Part shown: positions 26,307 to 36,006 of the stretch, one piece after another | How positions within the stretch are numbered: the stretch's first letter is position 1 | Layout: every line of letters begins with the position of its first letter | Assembly: GCA_040752415.1 (NCBI GenBank) | Contig: JBFMGU010000065.1 | Coordinates: 1-44,822 of the forward strand | DNA length: 44,822 bases | Reading direction: 5' to 3' | From: Myxococcota bacterium | GTDB lineage: Bacteria; Myxococcota; JACRCW01 | Notes under the pieces: model-generated | The model's database searches: none | Told to the model about the DNA's origin: nothing | The model's input: only the letters and a program-made list of their open reading frames with translations | Program-made: the position numbers and the translations under genes

Positions 26307-28537
26307 AGCACCACCTCCTCGGGCTTCTTGCCTTGCAGCACCAGCGCCAGGTCGTCCTCCAGCGGCAGGCGACGGAAGCGGTGGCCGGTGGCCACGAACA
26401 GCGCGTTGGTCAGCGCGGGCGCCATGGGCGGAACCGCAATCTCACCGACGCCGGTGGGCTTCTCCCTGCTGCTGACGATGTGCGTCTCGATCTGCGGCGC
26501 CTCGTGCATGCGCAGCAGCGGGAAGTTGTGGAAGTTCCCCTGGCGCACGCGCCCGTTCTCCAGCTCGATGCGCTGCTTCAGCGCCGCCGAGAGCCCGAAG
26601 ATGATTCCGCTCTCCACCTGCGCCGCCACCAGGTCGGGGTTCACCACGTGCCCCACGTCCACCGCGCTCACCACGCGATGGACGCGCAGCCCACCGTCGA
26701 CGGAAATCTCCACCGCGTGCGCGCAGTAGCTGTCAAACGAGGAATGCTGCGCAATGCCGCGGAACCTTCCCGCCGGCGGCGGCGTGCCCCACCCGATCTT
26801 CTCCGCACACAGCTCCAGCACCGCCTTGTGGCGCGGCGCGTTGGCCAACAGCTTCCTGCGCAGCTCGAACGGGTCCTGTCCGCCCAGGTGCGCCAGCTCG
26901 TCGAGGAAGGACTCCACCACGAACGCGTTGATGGAGTGTCCCACGGAGCGCCACGCAAAGGCCGGCACGCCGGTCTCCTGCTGCGCCGCTTCCACCTTGA
27001 GGTTCGGCAGCGCGTAGGGCGGTGAGGATCCCTCGGTGACAATGGGGTCGGTGAGGTGGGCCTCCTCCAGGAAGCGCTTGCCGCCCGACTGCAGGAAGTC
27101 CAACAGCGGTCGGGGCACCCACTCCGGCGCAAAGGTACCGGCCAGGTCCATGAACGCGGTGGCAATGGACTGCGTCACCATGCGGTGATGCCAGGCCACG
27201 GGCATGCCCTTCTCGTCGACACCACCTTCCACCAGCGCCACCCCCGCGGGCCGGTACTGCGCGTGGCGCATGTCATCCTCGCGGCTCCAGGTCACCTTCA
27301 CCGGGGCCTTGACGCGCTGGCTGATCTCCACGGCTTCCGCCACGTAGTCGCCGGTGCTGCGTCGCCCGAATCCGCCGCCCATCAGCGTGTTGTGCACGTG
27401 GATGGCAGCGTGGGGCAGCCCGGTGATGCGCGCCGCCACCTCCTGCGTGATGGACACCGACTGCGTGCCCAGCCACAGGTCGCAGCGACCTTCCTGCACG
27501 TGCGCGGTGCAGTTCATGGGCTCCATGCACGCATGGGCGAGGAAGGGCAGCTGGTAGAAGCCCTTCACGCGCTTGGAGGCCTTGGCCAGCGCGGCGCTCG
27601 CGTCGCCCTCGGTGGTGACGTTCTTGCCCAGCTTCTTGACGCGGTCCACGTGCGCCGCGTGCAGCTTCTCCGACGAGAAACCAGCCATGGGACCGTCATT
27701 CCACGCCGCCTGCACCAGCGCGGCCGCCTTCTTGGCCCGCCACGTGGAATCCGCCACCACCGCCACACCGTGCGGAATCTCCATCACAGCCTTCACGCCG
27801 GGAGCGCGCTTGGCCGCCTCCGCGTCAAAGCCCTTGAGGCTGCCACGCAGCGCGGGCGGACGCAGCACCACGGCGTACAACATGCCGGGCACGCGCACGT
27901 CGATGCTGAACTCCGCCGTGCCGTTCACCTTGCTGGGCGCATCCAGTCGCCGCTGCGGCTGGCCAATGACCTTCCACGCCGAGGGCTCCTTCAGTTTCAC
28001 CTCGGAGATGGTCTCGCGCGCCGCTCCGGAGGCCAGCTCGCCGTAGGTGAGTCGACCGGCGCGCGGGTGGATGATGACGCCGTTCTCGGCGCGCAGCTCG
28101 CTGATGGCCACGTCCCAGCGACGGGCGGCGGCCTGCTTGAGCAGCTCCCGCGCGGTGGCGCCGGCTTCCCGGATGATGTCCCACTGGCTCGTGGTGCTGG
28201 TGCTGCCGCCGGTGAGCTGGATGCCGAACGCCTCGCGGTCCGCCGGGGCGAACTCAACACGCACGCGCGCGGGGTCGACCTCCAGCTCTTCACACAGCAG
28301 CTGCACGTGGGAGGTGAGGATGCCCTGGCCCATCTCGGCGCGGTCCAGGAAGAACGTGATGACGTTGTCGGGCGTGATGCGGACCCAGGCATTGGGATGG
28401 AACGCACCGCCCAGCGCCTGGGCACCCTTGAGATGCGCGCAGCCTTCCACCAGGAAGCCCAGGGAGAAGCCGCCGCCGGTGAGCGCCACCAGCTTGATGA
28501 ATCCTCGTCGGGAGAGCGGGGTGTCCAGGGTGGTCAC
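26303..28537 (-). CDS. iorB: Xanthine dehydrogenase-family molybdopterin subunit (IorB-like), Tat-exported
   Basis: GTG start overlapping the 2Fe-2S gene stop; SRRGFIK Tat motif; EMGQG, TGGSTS, AHACMEP, GGGFGRR, WRSVGHS, GVGE. Confidence 0.92.
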   Translation of the reverse strand: MTTLDTPLSRRGFIKLVALTGGGFSLGFLVEGCAHLKGAQALGGAFHPNAWVRITPDNVITFFLDRAEMGQGILTSHVQLLCEELEVDPARVRVEFAPADREAFGIQLTGGSTSTTSQWDIIREAGATARELLKQAAARRWDVAISELRAENGVIIHPRAGRLTYGELASGAARETISEVKLKEPSAWKVIGQPQRRLDAPSKVNGTAEFSIDVRVPGMLYAVVLRPPALRGSLKGFDAEAAKRAPGVKAVMEIPHGVAVVADSTWRAKKAAALVQAAWNDGPMAGFSSEKLHAAHVDRVKKLGKNVTTEGDASAALAKASKRVKGFYQLPFLAHACMEPMNCTAHVQEGRCDLWLGTQSVSITQEVAARITGLPHAAIHVHNTLMGGGFGRRSTGDYVAEAVEISQRVKAPVKVTWSREDDMRHAQYRPAGVALVEGGVDEKGMPVAWHHRMVTQSIATAFMDLAGTFAPEWVPRPLLDFLQSGGKRFLEEAHLTDPIVTEGSSPPYALPNLKVEAAQQETGVPAFAWRSVGHSINAFVVESFLDELAHLGGQDPFELRRKLLANAPRHKAVLELCAEKIGWGTPPPAGRFRGIAQHSSFDSYCAHAVEISVDGGLRVHRVVSAVDVGHVVNPDLVAAQVESGIIFGLSAALKQRIELENGRVRQGNFHNFPLLRMHEAPQIETHIVSSREKPTGVGEIAVPPMAPALTNALFVATGHRFRRLPLEDDLALVLQGKKPEEVVL

Positions 28538-29007
28538 GGCTTGTCTCCCTGCGCCTTCATGGTGGCGGCGGCGCGGTGGATGGCCTTGCGGATGCGCGGG
28601 TAGGTACCGCAGCGGCACAGGTTCCCGGCCATGCAGGTGGAGATGTCCTCGTCGGTGGGCTGGGGGCAATGCGAGAGCATGGCGGCGGCGGACATGATCT
28701 GGCCGGACTGGCAGTAGCCACACTGCGGCGCGTTCTCGGCGATCCACGCCTGCTGCAGGGGGTGTTGTCCGTCGGGGGAGAGGCCTTCAATGGTGGTCAC
28801 GCTGCGCCCGGCCACCTCGGAGATGGGCAGCACGCAGGAGCGCACCGCGCCGCCGTCCAGGTGCACGGTGCACGCGCCACACAGCGCCATGCCGCAGCCG
28901 AACTTGGTGCCGGTGAGCCCCAGCGTGTCGCGCAGGACCCAGAGCAGCGGGGTGTCGGGTTCCACGTCGACGGAATAGGGTTTGCCGTTGAGTGTGAATG
29001 TGACCAT
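28534..29007 (-). CDS. iorA: (2Fe-2S)-binding subunit (IorA-like)
   Basis: [32 protein letters not shown]; start at MVTFTLNG. Confidence 0.95.
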   Translation of the reverse strand: MVTFTLNGKPYSVDVEPDTPLLWVLRDTLGLTGTKFGCGMALCGACTVHLDGGAVRSCVLPISEVAGRSVTTIEGLSPDGQHPLQQAWIAENAPQCGYCQSGQIMSAAAMLSHCPQPTDEDISTCMAGNLCRCGTYPRIRKAIHRAAATMKAQGDKP

Positions 29008-29234
29008 GCTGGCAGCCTCTCCAGGCCCCGCGCGGTGCCGCACCATGGGCTTGCGCCCCCCGCGCTCAAGGCCTGCTCGCGATGGCCGGGCATCATAGTC
29101 GACGTCGCGGAAAAGCAAGCGCCGCGCGGACGCGGGTTTTCCAGCGGAAACGTTTCTTCACATTGCTGCGGCGCGCCCGCCCAGGTTGTTGCTCCCTCGG
29201 CGAGCGCACGGGCTTGAGCGTGGGAATTGGTGTT

Positions 29235-29516
29235 CGACGCTCTTGGCTCCCGCCAATGAGATTGGGTGCGGCTCTTTTGAAACGACGCTCTTGGCTCCCG
29301 CCAATGAGATTGGCAGGCAATGAAATGCTTACGTCCTGCTCACCGCTCGACGGGCGGACGCACCTCGCAGGACTGACTGTGGTAGCACCCGGCCGCCCGG
29401 CAGCCGCACGTCATCCTTCCAGGGTCAGTCCTGCGCCCCTGCGACGCGGCGAATGGTGAGCAGGACGTAAGCTCTTGTCTTGCCTGCCAATCTCATTGGC
29501 GGGAGCCAAGAGCGTC
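29235..29516. repeat. Nested fold-back element with a perfect 37-bp terminal inverted repeat and an extra tandem 31-bp copy
   Basis: 29284-29320/29480-29516 perfect IR; inner stems 29327-29344/29455-29472 (18 bp) and 29366-29377/29424-29435 (12 bp); 29235-29265 is identical to 29283-29313. Confidence 0.92.
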
Positions 29517-29586
29517 TTTCAGCCGAGACCACGGACCGTGGTGTCTCCACCTCCGCGCCGCCACGTCTGGCGGGGTGCCTGGGAGC

Positions 29587-30765
29587 TCAGAGCGGATTCG
29601 CGCCGTGCTGGTCGTTCGGGCGACGCACCAGCAGGTACGTGAAGCTGTTGTCGTCGCCGGTGCGGACCGCGCGCTGGAAGCGGGCAAAGTCATCCGGTGG
29701 CATGGTCTGGCAGCCCACCGACGAGGGCCGCGTGGAATTGCCCGCGTGCCACTGCAGGGCGGTGGCGTAATCACCGCGCTGCTGACTGGCCGCGTTCTCG
29801 CGCGCGTCGATGACGCCGTCCTGGTTGGTGTCGCGCGCCACGCTGATGTTGCGATCACTGACCGGGTTGAAGCGGCCATTGTGCGAGGAGGCGCGGTACT
29901 CGTACGTGCCCGCGCGCAGGTGCGCGATGTCCGAGCGGCCATCCCCGTTGACGTCGGTGAAGCCGCTGGTGCTCTTCTGCCCGGGGTGCGAGGCCGAGCG
30001 CATGGGCCCCTCGATCTCGACGAGACGCCCGTTGCGCGCCTGGAACACCGCGGTCTGGCCCGTGTAGCTGCGCAGGTGGTTGCTCTTGTCCTGCGCGGAA
30101 GCGCCGGCCGGCGGAGAGTCCTGGTCGATCTGGATGGCGTAGACGTGACCCTCGCGCGGCGGCCATTGCCCATTGGAGCGCAGGAGCTGCTCGGCCTGCT
30201 GCTCGCGCGCGGCGCGGTCTCCCGCGAAAGGCGCATCGGACCGGCCCGGCGCCTGCGTTCCCCCCGCGCTCGCGCCCCGCACCCGACGAGCCGCGTCGGC
30301 CTGCTGCAGGTCACCCGCGCGCTGCGTGCCCTCCGGCCGCGTGCCCTGTTCCTGCGTCGTGGGCGCGCGCGTCTGCTGGTTGTTGCCCGTTGCCTGTCGC
30401 GCTTCCTGCCGCGCCCGCCCTTGCGCCGCACCCTCCACCGACCCACCACGCTCCAGCGCCGCCAACGTCTGCGGTCCCACCTTCCCGTCGACATCCAGCC
30501 CGTTGGCCGCCTGGAACCGACGGACGGCCGCCTCGGTCCGCGGCCCGAACTTGCCGTCCACCTCCAGCGGAGGCTGCGCGCCCGCCGCGTTGAGCCGCGC
30601 CTGGATGTCGGAGACGGACGCTCCACCGTGACCCTGCATCAGCACGCCGCCATTGCGCACCTCCTGCAGCCCCGGGCCGGGCTGGAAGCTGGAGGTGGCC
30701 GGGGCCTGCGTGGTGCTCGTGTTGGTGCTCTGCACACGCGGCGGCGGGGACTGGACGCGGGTCAT
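29587..30765 (-). CDS. Peptidoglycan-binding domain protein with a putative L,D-transpeptidase-like C-terminal domain
   Basis: PG_binding_1 pattern (VSDIQARL..VDGKFGPRTEAAVRRFQ..GLDVDGKVGPQT); WHAGNSTRPSSVGCQT; DVNGDG and DTNQDG loops; GGAGG RBS. Confidence 0.8.
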   Translation of the reverse strand: MTRVQSPPPRVQSTNTSTTQAPATSSFQPGPGLQEVRNGGVLMQGHGGASVSDIQARLNAAGAQPPLEVDGKFGPRTEAAVRRFQAANGLDVDGKVGPQTLAALERGGSVEGAAQGRARQEARQATGNNQQTRAPTTQEQGTRPEGTQRAGDLQQADAARRVRGASAGGTQAPGRSDAPFAGDRAAREQQAEQLLRSNGQWPPREGHVYAIQIDQDSPPAGASAQDKSNHLRSYTGQTAVFQARNGRLVEIEGPMRSASHPGQKSTSGFTDVNGDGRSDIAHLRAGTYEYRASSHNGRFNPVSDRNISVARDTNQDGVIDARENAASQQRGDYATALQWHAGNSTRPSSVGCQTMPPDDFARFQRAVRTGDDNSFTYLLVRRPNDQHGANPL

Positions 30766-30985
30766 GTGAACCTCCGGGGACCGGGGAGAGCCTATTGAGA
30801 ACGCCTTCCCGGGTGAACGAGACCTTATCGGTCAGCCGCCGGAGGAGGTGCGTGGCCCGGAAGCCATCGGTTCGAGGCGAGGCGGCCGGTGGGGCGTTTT
30901 GCATTGACAGCCATCAACGTCGGTGCCAGGGGCCATGGGTACGGCAAGGAGTGCTCGGGGCTTCCCTTGTCGCGCGGGGGCGGTC

Positions 30986-32062
30986 ATGACGGAAGGTCGC
31001 GCGCGGGTCCTGCTGGCGGATGACGACCGCGACATCCTCCGGATGCTCAAGGAGTCGCTGGCCAAGGACTTCGAGGTCATCACCGCCACCGACGGCACCG
31101 CGGCCATGGAGCTGTTGCGCACCACCGCGTTGGACTGCGTGGTGGCCGACCAGATGATGCCCGGCTTCACCGGTGTGCAGGTGCTGGCCGCCACGCAGGA
31201 CGCGCAGCCCAAGGCCGTCCGCATCCTCCTCACCGCCAGTGAGCGGATGGACCACCTGCGTGACGCCGTCAACATGGCGCGCGTGCACCGCTTCCTCTCC
31301 AAGCCGGTGCGGCTCATGGAGTTCCGCTCGCACGTGACGGAAGCCATCCGCATGAACCGGCTGGAGGAGGAGAACCAGCGTCTCGTCGTCGAGCTGAAGG
31401 AGAAGAACGCCATGCTCGCCCGCGCCCTCACCGAGGTGCAGAACCACGAGCGGCGCCTGGAGCGTGAGGTGGAGGAGCGCACGCGGGAGCTGCGGGCCGC
31501 CATGGCGGAGCTGGAGAAGCTGGCCCTGCGCGACGGGCTCACCGGTCTGTTCAACCACCGCTTCTTCCAGGAAGCGCTGACGCAGGAGCTGGCGCGCGCG
31601 GCGCGGTACCAGACGCCGGTGGGGCTCATCTTCCTGGACGTGGACCACTTCAAGAACTTCAACGACCTGCTCGGCCACCCCGCCGGCGACGAGCTGTTGC
31701 GCTCCATTGCCCGCATCCTCGCCAACACCGGCGAGATTCCGGAGATCCACTTCCGCGGCCGCCTGTCCGACATCCCCGCGCGCTACGGCGGCGAGGAATT
31801 CGTGATCATCCTCCCGCAGACCAACAAGGAGGGCGCCGTGATGCGCGCGGAGCGGCTGCGGGAGAGCGTGGCGGAGTTTCCCTTTGCCGGTGGCAACCTG
31901 CAGCCCGGCGGTCGCCTCACGGTGAGCATTGGCGTGGCCTGCTTCCCCGAGGACGCCATCCAGAAGCAGGACCTCATCCACCACGCCGACCAGATGGTCT
32001 ACCTGGCCAAGCGCATGGGTCGAAATCAGGTGCGCGTCTGGGGCCGCGACAAGGCGGAATGA
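30986..32062 (+). CDS. Response-regulator diguanylate cyclase (REC - coiled coil - GGDEF)
   Basis: LLADDD, DQMMP, KP; DGLTGLFN; RLSD I-site; RYGGEEF. Confidence 0.93.
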   Translation: MTEGRARVLLADDDRDILRMLKESLAKDFEVITATDGTAAMELLRTTALDCVVADQMMPGFTGVQVLAATQDAQPKAVRILLTASERMDHLRDAVNMARVHRFLSKPVRLMEFRSHVTEAIRMNRLEEENQRLVVELKEKNAMLARALTEVQNHERRLEREVEERTRELRAAMAELEKLALRDGLTGLFNHRFFQEALTQELARAARYQTPVGLIFLDVDHFKNFNDLLGHPAGDELLRSIARILANTGEIPEIHFRGRLSDIPARYGGEEFVIILPQTNKEGAVMRAERLRESVAEFPFAGGNLQPGGRLTVSIGVACFPEDAIQKQDLIHHADQMVYLAKRMGRNQVRVWGRDKAE

Positions 32063-32461
32063 TCACGCGCGCGCCCGCACCTTCCGCTTGGCGACGGTCT
32101 TCCTTCTCATCGTCGACGTGGCCTTGATCTTATTCTTCGCCGCCATCTTCTGTTTCACACGCGCCACGCCGGGTTGCGGCTCCACCACCACTTGGACGAG
32201 GTCACCAGCAGAGATGCCCGCGCGACGCTGCAACGACTCCTCGAGGATGATGAAGAACCGTCCCCACCGGTAGCCCAGCCAGTACTCGAACGGCGCGCCG
32301 TTCACCGTTCCCTGCACCGGCGTGCCCAGGCGCTTGCCGTGCGAGGTCATCATCGGCGTCAGGGTCACGCCCCACACCTGCGCCGGGTCAAACGGGACAA
32401 TCACCGCGCACACACCGCCGTGCCCGGTGATCAGCTCGGTGGTGAACTTCTGCTTCTTCAT
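32063..32461 (-). CDS. DUF1905-like protein with a basic tail
   Basis: MKKQKFTTEL..VIVPFDP..VWG..PVQGTVNG..AGISAGDLVQV. Confidence 0.7.
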   Translation of the reverse strand: MKKQKFTTELITGHGGVCAVIVPFDPAQVWGVTLTPMMTSHGKRLGTPVQGTVNGAPFEYWLGYRWGRFFIILEESLQRRAGISAGDLVQVVVEPQPGVARVKQKMAAKNKIKATSTMRRKTVAKRKVRARA

Positions 32462-32644
32462 GTCGCGGCAACGTAGCTGCACCCCGCGCATCCCGGAAGC
32501 GTCCGCTGCGGCGGACACCGCCGACGTGATCCTGTCCGCTTTTCCGGACACCTTCTCGCGCGGTTCCGTCGGGGGAGGAGTGGCATGCGCCTCGCAATCG
32601 GTCCTGAACGGGACGGCAACGGGCCGCTTCCCAAGGAGGCACAC

Positions 32645-33082
32645 ATGCGAAGCAAGCTCATGGCGGTCACGGCAATCATCGTGGTGGGCGTGTTCTTCGG
32701 CAGGGGAGCCAAGGGTGAGCCCGTGGAGGTGGCCGGGCGCGTTGTGCGTGTGAGTGGCCAGGCGCCCGTGCGCGTCGACGATCCGTGCACCGTGGGCGTC
32801 ACGCCGGAGAGCCGCGGGGGCTATCCGTGCCGGGTCAGCATCACCTGTGGGAAGCACACGCTGTACGGCGGGCCGCGGCTGGGTGGCTACGCGAAATGCT
32901 CCGTCTCCGACGGCAAATACACCGCCGCCTCCGACGACATGCTCTCGTCCCGGGACGGCGACCCCTGGCTGCAGCTTGACGTGACCGGCGGACGCGCCAC
33001 CGTGCGCGACAACCGTCCCGAGCACGACGTCGTCATCGAGATGGACACCACGCCGTTGGCGTCCGCGGGCGCCCGGCCGTAA
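32645..33082 (+). CDS. Small secreted hypothetical protein
   Basis: AAGGAGG RBS; signal-like N-terminus; four Cys. Confidence 0.65.
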   Translation: MRSKLMAVTAIIVVGVFFGRGAKGEPVEVAGRVVRVSGQAPVRVDDPCTVGVTPESRGGYPCRVSITCGKHTLYGGPRLGGYAKCSVSDGKYTAASDDMLSSRDGDPWLQLDVTGGRATVRDNRPEHDVVIEMDTTPLASAGARP

Positions 33083-33109
33083 CCTCCGGCGCGTCGCGCG
33101 GAGGAGAGG

Positions 33110-34126
33110 ATGAACAGGCTCACGGTGGTTCTTCCTTTGCTGGCGGCGTTGGCCTGCGCGGGAAGCACGGGCTCCGGGACGGATGAAGCGGGCAGCACCA
33201 GCGGCGGCGGCGGTGGGCTCTCCTCGTCGTCATCTTCATCGGGATCCGGCGGCAGCAGTGCTTCCACGTCGAGCAGCTCGAGCGGCGGGGGATGTGGCGG
33301 GTGTGTGGTGCTGGCCTCCGAGCCGCAGCTGCCGTGGGACCTCACCGTCGACGCCACGAACGTCTACTGGGTGAACCAGGCGAACCGCACGCTGATGAAG
33401 ACGCCCAAGACCGGTGGTGAAGCGACGCTCATCATCACCGCCACCGGCGCGCCCTACGGCATCGCCGTCGACGCCACCGACGCGTACTGGACGGCAGCCA
33501 CCGGGAGCATCAGCAAGGTTCCCCTCGCGGGCGGGACGCGGGACACGCTGGTGTTCGGGGAGGACTCGCCCGTCGAGATCGCGGTCGACGACACGCACGT
33601 CTACTGGGCGGCCACCGGCGTGGTGAAGCGTGCGCCCAAGAGCACCGGCGCCCCGGTGACGACGGTGGCGTCGGGACAGGTGAATCCGTACGGCGTGGCG
33701 CTGCAGGGCGGCTACGTCTACTGGACCGACTACGGCGACGGCACGGTGAAGCGCGCGAGCGTCACCGGCTCTCCGCCGGACACGTTGGCCTCCGGGCTGG
33801 GGCTGCCCTACGGCATCACCACGGATGCCACGCACGTCTACTGGGTGAACAACGACCTGGAGGGAAGCGTGATGAAGGTGCCGCTCGGCGGCGGTGAGCC
33901 GGAGACGGTGGCCAGTGCGCAGGGGAACCCGTGGGCTGTCGTCGTGGATGAGACGCACATCTACTGGACCAACTCCAGCACCAACCAGGTCATGAAGGCG
34001 TCCAAGGACGGCGGGGAGATCACCGTGCTCGCCACCTCGCTCTCGCCCTCGTTCCTCGCCGTCGACGAGACCAACGTGTACTGGACCGAGTCGGTGGCAG
34101 GGCGGGTGATGAAGGCGCCAAAGTAG
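33110..34126 (+). CDS. Lipoprotein with YWTD/DUF5050-like beta-propeller repeats
   Basis: Lipobox LALAC-like; Ser/Gly linker; repeated P.GIAVD.T.VYW(T) units. Confidence 0.85.
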   Translation: MNRLTVVLPLLAALACAGSTGSGTDEAGSTSGGGGGLSSSSSSSGSGGSSASTSSSSSGGGCGGCVVLASEPQLPWDLTVDATNVYWVNQANRTLMKTPKTGGEATLIITATGAPYGIAVDATDAYWTAATGSISKVPLAGGTRDTLVFGEDSPVEIAVDDTHVYWAATGVVKRAPKSTGAPVTTVASGQVNPYGVALQGGYVYWTDYGDGTVKRASVTGSPPDTLASGLGLPYGITTDATHVYWVNNDLEGSVMKVPLGGGEPETVASAQGNPWAVVVDETHIYWTNSSTNQVMKASKDGGEITVLATSLSPSFLAVDETNVYWTESVAGRVMKAPK

Positions 34127-34140
34127 CGGCCGGAGCGCGC

Positions 34141-34701
34141 ATGCCCAAGCTGGTCTTCCACGAGGTCGACGAGAAACGCTGGCCGGACTTCGAGAGGCTC
34201 TTCGAAGCGCGCGGCGGTCCCAAGTACTGCTGGTGCATGGCGTGGCGCGCCACCAGCGCCGAGGCCCGTGAGGGCGACAGCACGAGCCGCAAGTCGGCCA
34301 TGCGGCGCCGCGTCCGCGCGGGTACACCCGTCGGAATCCTGGGCTATCTCGACGGAGAACCGGTGGCCTGGTGCTCGGTGGCGCCGCGGGAGACCTACCG
34401 CAAGCTGGGCGGTCCCGACCACGGCGAGGTGCCCGGTGAGGTCTGGTCGGTGGTGTGTTTCTACGTGGTGAAGGCGCTACGCGGAGAAGGACTCATCCAC
34501 CGCCTCCTCGACGCTGCGGTGGCCACCGCGCGCAAGCACGGCGCAAAGGTCGTGGAGGCGTACCCGGTGGACCCGGAGTCACCGAGCTACCGGTTCATGG
34601 GATTCGTGGGGACCTTCGAGGCGGCCGGCTTCACCGAGGTGGGACGCGCAGGAACGCGTCGACACGTGATGCGGCTGCCGCTGGAGAAACGCTCGCGCTG
34701 A
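34141..34701 (+). CDS. GNAT family N-acetyltransferase
   Basis: WPDFERLF, CWCMAWR, WSVVCFYV..RGEGL, VEAYPVD. Confidence 0.9.
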   Translation: MPKLVFHEVDEKRWPDFERLFEARGGPKYCWCMAWRATSAEAREGDSTSRKSAMRRRVRAGTPVGILGYLDGEPVAWCSVAPRETYRKLGGPDHGEVPGEVWSVVCFYVVKALRGEGLIHRLLDAAVATARKHGAKVVEAYPVDPESPSYRFMGFVGTFEAAGFTEVGRAGTRRHVMRLPLEKRSR

Positions 34702-34702
34702 G

Positions 34703-35575
34703 TCAGTACGCGTAGGTGTATTCCTTCGTCTCGGTCACTTCCGTCGTCATGGGGCCTTGCGGCGTGCTCATGGTGATGGTCACCGTGCGCACCTGCTTCT
34801 CGGAGTGCGGCATCAACGTGGCGGGATTGACCACGCGCTCGACGGTGTTCTTCACCCGCGGCGCGGTCTTGGGGTCCAGCTTCACGTTGCCCTTGGCGCC
34901 CTTGTTGGCTTCCTCCAGCAGCTTGCCCATGGGCACCTCGCTCTCGGTGACGGTCCGGAGGTGCGCGCACTGCTCCTTGCCGCACGCCACCTTGCCTACC
35001 AACGTCGTGGTGCCCTTCAGCTTGGCGGTCTCTCCGGTGGGCGTGGGAAAATCCTCCTCGGCGGGGCGGCCCTCACCCACCTTCAGCTTCGTTCCCGCCA
35101 GCGCGCCGGTCCGCGCGTTGAACTCCGCGAGCTCCTTCTTCTTCATGGCGTCCACGCTCACCATCGCCGCCATCTTCTGCGCCGCGTCGGGTGGCAGCTT
35201 CTCCAGCATGCGCTTCTGCAGGTCTTCCAGGCCCTTGACGTCGGTGGCCACGCCCTTCTCGTTGAGCTCGTAGGTGATGGTGACCTGCTTGAGGACGTCC
35301 AGCATCGGGTCGGCGAGCGGAGTGCCATCACGAACCACTTCCGCGGAAATCACCTTGGCCACTCCCAGGTAGCCACCCGGCTTGCGGCTGTAGGTCATCT
35401 GCACCTTGGTGGTTCGCACCTCGGTGCGCTTCATGGTGCCCATGCTCATCACGCGCGTGGCCACCTGCGTCTCGGTGTACGGCTTGTTGAGCGGAGGAGA
35501 GAAGCGGAACTCCACCTCGTCCGCGGCGGAAGCCACCAGCGGCAGGAGGGCAATGAGCAGGGTGCGGGAGGTCAT
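34703..35575 (-). CDS. Secreted hypothetical protein
   Basis: Start at MTSRTLLIALLPLVASA|A; strong GC3 codon bias. Confidence 0.75.
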   Translation of the reverse strand: MTSRTLLIALLPLVASAADEVEFRFSPPLNKPYTETQVATRVMSMGTMKRTEVRTTKVQMTYSRKPGGYLGVAKVISAEVVRDGTPLADPMLDVLKQVTITYELNEKGVATDVKGLEDLQKRMLEKLPPDAAQKMAAMVSVDAMKKKELAEFNARTGALAGTKLKVGEGRPAEEDFPTPTGETAKLKGTTTLVGKVACGKEQCAHLRTVTESEVPMGKLLEEANKGAKGNVKLDPKTAPRVKNTVERVVNPATLMPHSEKQVRTVTITMSTPQGPMTTEVTETKEYTYAY

Positions 35576-35658
35576 GAGGGCTCCGGGCGGAAGGGAGCAC
35601 GCACCATAGTCACGGCGGATCCCGACGGAAACCTGCGCGTCCCGTTGGTGCCAACGGT

Positions 35659-35918
35659 TCACGGACCGGGCGAGCGGGATGAGCGGCGCCCTGGAGTGCG
35701 GTGCAAAACGCGTGAGGGCGCCACGACGTCAAGCACCGCCCTGGATCGGGATTCGACGGCAGACCCCACCGCGTCCGCGCATCCTCCCGCACGTGCGGCC
35801 CCTGCCACCAGGTCATCCAACCGTTCACCGATCCAGGGCGGTGCTTCACGTCGTGGCACGGTCATCGTCTTCGCACCGCACTCCAGGGCGCCACTCATCC
35901 CGATCGCCCGTTCCGTGA
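35659..35918. repeat. 260-bp fold-back element (91-bp arms) carrying TGGAGTGCGG-type REP-like units
   Basis: Arms 35659-35749 and 35828-35918 match at 78/91; each holds GCGGTGC...GCACCGC; CGTTGGTGCCA direct repeat at 35643 and 35922. Confidence 0.9.
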
Positions 35919-36006
35919 CGGCGTTGGTGCCACTCAATGGCTTTCGTCTCGTTGTGGAAGCGACCACAGGAGTGTCGGTCCGGTCCCGGTCGCCACCAGG
36001 CGGCGC

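Noticed and set aside
29147..29156. LacI-like palindrome GAAACGTTTC upstream of iorA
   Set aside because: Only 10 bp, no LacI gene nearby, could be chance.
29235..29313. CRISPR mini-array (two 31-bp direct repeats)
   Set aside because: Only two copies, a 17-nt spacer, third copy inverted, no cas genes.
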